DNA from: a virus
Lineage: Duplodnaviria > Caudoviricetes
DNA: 64,000 nucleotides
IMG/VR virus record: IMGVR_UViG_3300028591_000142
Location: 34,301 to 98,300 of that record
Reading direction: 5' to 3' (one strand)
The translations under genes were made by a program, and so were the position numbers. Of the stretch, positions 60,563-64,000 are shown one piece after another. Numbering within the stretch: the first letter of the stretch is position 1; each line of letters starts with the position of its first letter. The notes below the pieces were generated by a model. The model saw nothing but the letters and a program-made list of their open reading frames with translations, made no database searches and was not told the DNA's origin.

Positions 60563-61426
60563 TTATCCTACCTGCTCGCCGTATTCAACGATTTTACTAT
60601 TAATTAAATAGTTATGTTCAAGACTGCCAAGATTCAGAGCTCTGTATGCTTCGTCAATTTCCTCAGCCGTTATACCAATATAATCAAGCGTCTGGGCGGG
60701 GGAGGAGTGGTTAAGCATTTTCTGTAATAACAACAACTTTCTAGGGTCGTTGTGCGACATTAACATCTGATGATAGCAGAACGTCTTTCTGAGAGTATGC
60801 GACGATACTTTCATATTTAACCCTAAATCATCAGCTATACCTTTAAGTATATAGTTAACCGACTTAGGAGTTATAGGTACATTTTTACTACCCCCGTGGT
60901 TTGATTCACTACGGAACATATAATCACTAAGGCAAACGCCGGGCGTGTTCTCTAAATATAATGTTACCGCCTCAATTACCGCTGTATTAATTGTAATATA
61001 GCGGTTCTTTTTCTTCTTCCTTGTATTCCTGGTCTTCTTCTCAAATACAGGGAAAGAATCCTTAAACGTAAAGTTCTCATTTATTAAATTGGAGAATCTC
61101 AACATTCTGAGGTCACTGACTCTAAGTCCAAAGTTAATACCGACGATAAACAGCATATTATCCCTATACCTTTTATTATTAATAAGGTACTGCGAGATAT
61201 CAATGATATCATTCATACTCTTTATGGGGTCTGCCGCGTTATCGGGTGCAATATCCTCAACTACCTCCTCTGATGCCGGAGCTATAAGACCCGTTGCGAG
61301 CTTCTTATTATTTAACTTAAGCGCACTGATGTCAATTACATCATTAGCACTGTTAATTTGGTCATTCTGCTCTGAATGATAAAGTTGAACCTCTCTGTTG
61401 AATTGTATAACTGCCACTAAACTCAT
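60563..61426 (-). CDS. Tyrosine recombinase 3 (catalytic domain only)
   Basis: GLRVSDL, HTLRKTF, LNH, DYIG motifs. Confidence 0.88.
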   Translation of the reverse strand: MSLVAVIQFNREVQLYHSEQNDQINSANDVIDISALKLNNKKLATGLIAPASEEVVEDIAPDNAADPIKSMNDIIDISQYLINNKRYRDNMLFIVGINFGLRVSDLRMLRFSNLINENFTFKDSFPVFEKKTRNTRKKKKNRYITINTAVIEAVTLYLENTPGVCLSDYMFRSESNHGGSKNVPITPKSVNYILKGIADDLGLNMKVSSHTLRKTFCYHQMLMSHNDPRKLLLLQKMLNHSSPAQTLDYIGITAEEIDEAYRALNLGSLEHNYLINSKIVEYGEQVG

Positions 61427-61853
61427 CCTTTCATTCGTGGTAAAAAGTGATTAATATTTACAACGTTTAAAATACAATTTACAACCACCAAGGTTGTAAA
61501 CCTTTTTTCGAACCCTTATATATCAAGGCTTCCCGGGTTCTGCTTATAAAAGAGAAATACCATCTCTAATGTATACTGAAACAACTATAAAAAGCGTTGT
61601 TAAATATATACATTATAATATACCATTGCTTTGCTAAAGCATCGGTCAATATCTATTGTTTTAAATATTTAATTATTAAAATTAATTTGTCCAATAGATA
61701 CTTAAAAACGAATGTATTTATCCTTTACCATACTAACCGGTTCCGGCTGCGCCGGAGAAGTGACTTAGTCACTGACCAAGTCTGACCGGGCTTGCTAGAA
61801 TAAAAATGTCCTATACAAAATCCACTTGCGTATACTATTTTGGGTACGATAAC

Positions 61854-61882
61854 AGTATACCACAGGTATATATGTTTGTCAA
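61854..61882 (-). promoter_or_regulatory. Near-consensus sigmaA promoter (leftward)
   Basis: Minus strand TTGACA-17 bp-TATACT with extended TG. Confidence 0.75.
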
Positions 61883-62237
61883 GTGTTTTTAGGAAAAAAG
61901 TTTAAAAATTTTTCGTGGTTTTATCTTGGATAATTAAGATTGGTTGTTACTGATTTTTATAATACTGTTTTTTCAGAATCCGGAGCTTTTGCTATAAAAA
62001 ATAATACGGTTGTTATCGTGATTCAAATGTTAAAAAACACCGATTTATCAAGGGTTGTCGGAAAGTATTTTTTGGGATGTGGGAGATGAAGGGACTAGGC
62101 TCGTTGGCGTTCAGGCGTTCGCATAAAATACCATAATCACCCCGTTATCAATGTTTGATAGTGTTAAAATTGAACATTAAAAACAAAGGCACAAAAAACA
62201 AAAAATAATTGTATTATATTACATAAATAAAAAAGCG

Positions 62238-62266
62238 TTGACAAACAGACAAATATATGATATATT
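62238..62266 (+). promoter_or_regulatory. Near-consensus sigmaA promoter (rightward) with A-rich UP element
   Basis: TTGACA-17 bp-TATATT with TGn extension. Confidence 0.75.
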
Positions 62267-62339
62267 ATCATTGACAATTTGAAACGAACGCCTTTTCGTT
62301 TCATTGTCAAAAAATATTTATTTCAAGGGGGTTGTTTCT

Positions 62340-63830
62340 ATGAAAACAACAAACACAAAGGCAAAGGCAAAGGCAAACACTCAGGCGAAAAAGGAAACGA
62401 ACGAACGCCCGTTCGTTACCGAAAAGGCAAACACTCAGGCGAACACAAACAAAAATATTAAAAAGGACGTGGACGAAATGACAAACACAAAGGCAAACAC
62501 TCAGGCAAAGGCAAACACTCAGGCAAAGACAACGGCAAACACAAAGCGAATTGAAAAGGCAAAGGCAAAGAATGACGAACGCCTTGCCGAAACGTTTGCA
62601 AAGATTTCGGCAAAAATGGACGTTGATAACGTTATCAACGAAAAGGCAAAGGACGTATGCCGAATGTATATTCAATTTGGCAAGAATTCACCCGAATTCG
62701 CTAACGCCCTTTACAGTTTATCGGCAATTATATTCGGGTGTAAATTGAAACATTATCGAAATGCAATAAAGGACGTTACCGAAAACGGCAACGAATGGGC
62801 AACGAATGGGCAAAACGGCAAATATAAAGCGTTGCTAAAACTAACGGACGAAACGGCAAAAATATTCACCCGAAAAGGCGAACAACGTTGCATTATGTTC
62901 GTTAATGAATTGGACAAACTCTATAAATCACGTTACAAAAAAACGGGCGAATATGTTTGCGAATGTACGGACAACAAACAGGCAAAGGCAATTACCGAAC
63001 GCCTTGCGGACGTTTCTATATATTCGGGTGATGGGTTGGCAATTATTCACGAAATAATATGCGAAATTATAACAAAGTTAAACACTTTTGAAAACGTGGA
63101 CGAATTGGCACTAATACGCCCGTATAAAACGTTGATAAACGAAAAACAGAACGGCAAAAAAGACGAATTAAAACAATATAAATATACGAACGTTATAACA
63201 GAATGTTACAACGTTATCGAACGTCAATTCGTAAACGAACGGGCGTTCGGTTCTGCTAACGTTCTGGCGTTTGAAACTATACCCGAAAACACACCCGACC
63301 GAACGAATGTTCGGGTGGCTCATAGGTGTTCGGTGTACGTTGACGGGCAAGGTTTTTCGGTTGATATTGACGCTGAAAAAATCATTCGGGAAATTAGGCG
63401 TAAATGCACGTTTACAGAATTGGAAAAAGACGTTTTTATAAATTATCTGTTACCCGTTGCGGACAATAGAAAAAAGGAAACATATTCAACTATTGCCGAA
63501 CGTAACAACGTAACAGAACAGGCAATAAAAAAGGCGTTGCAAAACGTGCGTATTAAAATAGTAAAAACGGGCGTTTTCGGTGATAAATTGGCAAACGTTG
63601 AAAACGTTACAAAGGGCAAAACGAACGAACAAAAAACAAAGTATATCAACGTTTACGAATATTTACCGAACGACAAAGGGCGAAACGTTAAAACGTTTAT
63701 AACAACGTGCAAAGGCGTTCGGGCAACGGCAAAGGCGTTCAATGTATCCCCCGCAAGTGTTTCCTTGTGTTTATCGGGTGAACGTGGAATTTGTAACGGG
63801 CTTATTTTTGAATTGGCGAAAACAGAATAA
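62340..63830 (+). CDS. Putative DNA-binding protein: KANTQA repeats, sigma-region-4-like HTH, NUMOD1-like C-terminus
   Basis: TELEKDVF...TYSTIAERNNVTEQAIKKAL; VRATAKAFNVSPASVSLCLSG; GGGGG RBS before ATG 62340. Confidence 0.65.
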   Translation: MKTTNTKAKAKANTQAKKETNERPFVTEKANTQANTNKNIKKDVDEMTNTKANTQAKANTQAKTTANTKRIEKAKAKNDERLAETFAKISAKMDVDNVINEKAKDVCRMYIQFGKNSPEFANALYSLSAIIFGCKLKHYRNAIKDVTENGNEWATNGQNGKYKALLKLTDETAKIFTRKGEQRCIMFVNELDKLYKSRYKKTGEYVCECTDNKQAKAITERLADVSIYSGDGLAIIHEIICEIITKLNTFENVDELALIRPYKTLINEKQNGKKDELKQYKYTNVITECYNVIERQFVNERAFGSANVLAFETIPENTPDRTNVRVAHRCSVYVDGQGFSVDIDAEKIIREIRRKCTFTELEKDVFINYLLPVADNRKKETYSTIAERNNVTEQAIKKALQNVRIKIVKTGVFGDKLANVENVTKGKTNEQKTKYINVYEYLPNDKGRNVKTFITTCKGVRATAKAFNVSPASVSLCLSGERGICNGLIFELAKTE

Positions 63831-63844
63831 TAACAACAAACTAA

Positions 63845-63877
63845 AAGGGCGAACGTTCAGGCGTTCGCCTTTTTTTT
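63845..63877 (+). terminator. Rho-independent terminator
   Basis: AAAGGGCGAACG...CGTTCGCCTTTTTTTTT. Confidence 0.75.
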
Positions 63878-64000
63878 CGGGCGTTCGGTTACGTGTTTAC
63901 ACCCTTTTAGTGAACGGGTTTTCGTTCACGTTTCGGGCGTTCACGTTCGGGCGTTCGGTTACGTGTTTACACCCTTTTAGTGAACGGGTGTTCGTTCACG
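63876..64000. repeat. 70-bp-period direct repeat running off the window edge
   Basis: 55-bp unit at 63876-63930 and 63946-64000 with one mismatch. Confidence 0.88.

Noticed and set aside
62307-62675. 122-aa minus-strand Cys/Leu/Val-rich ORF
   Set aside because: Antisense translation of the KANTQA repeats
1-64000. Alternative genetic code (stop-codon reassignment)
   Set aside because: Genes are full length and densely packed under the standard code, and all three stop codons are used

Overview
The whole window is part of a large temperate siphovirus-type phage genome with an SPbeta/c-st-like layout. The host is probably a Clostridia-type Firmicute (inference from the sigmaA promoters, RBS style and tRNA fragment). 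From 1 to 16.4 kb (+ strand) is a replication and nucleotide module: ERF-type annealase, SSB, Cas4-like nuclease, DnaB, DnaG, DnaE, dNMP kinase, NT5C, redoxin, NrdD/NrdG, FTR-like protein and dUTPase. From 16.2 to 17.7 kb are Xis, an intact attP carrying the 3' half of tRNA-Lys(UUU), and a tyrosine integrase, so this looks like the excised form. From 18 to 61.4 kb (- strand) are lysis, tail, head and packaging genes, HU, a second tyrosine recombinase, a phosphoesterase, a YonO-like single-subunit RNA polymerase, a helicase-like protein and a third recombinase. From about 62.1 kb the sequence switches abruptly to a compositionally distinct, divergently transcribed segment that ends in a 70-bp tandem repeat. 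Main leads: (1) a ~40-aa module inserted five times into two tail proteins, with nested domain insertions; (2) the k-mer-biased segment after 62.1 kb; (3) a hairpin-rich 53-bp tandem repeat upstream of recombinase 2; (4) a probable phage-encoded FTR-redoxin-NrdD electron chain; (5) probable ATA starts on both polymerases; (6) a CCTT-N7-AAGG motif around attP and the RNAP module. All family calls come from motif recognition by eye; no searches were run.
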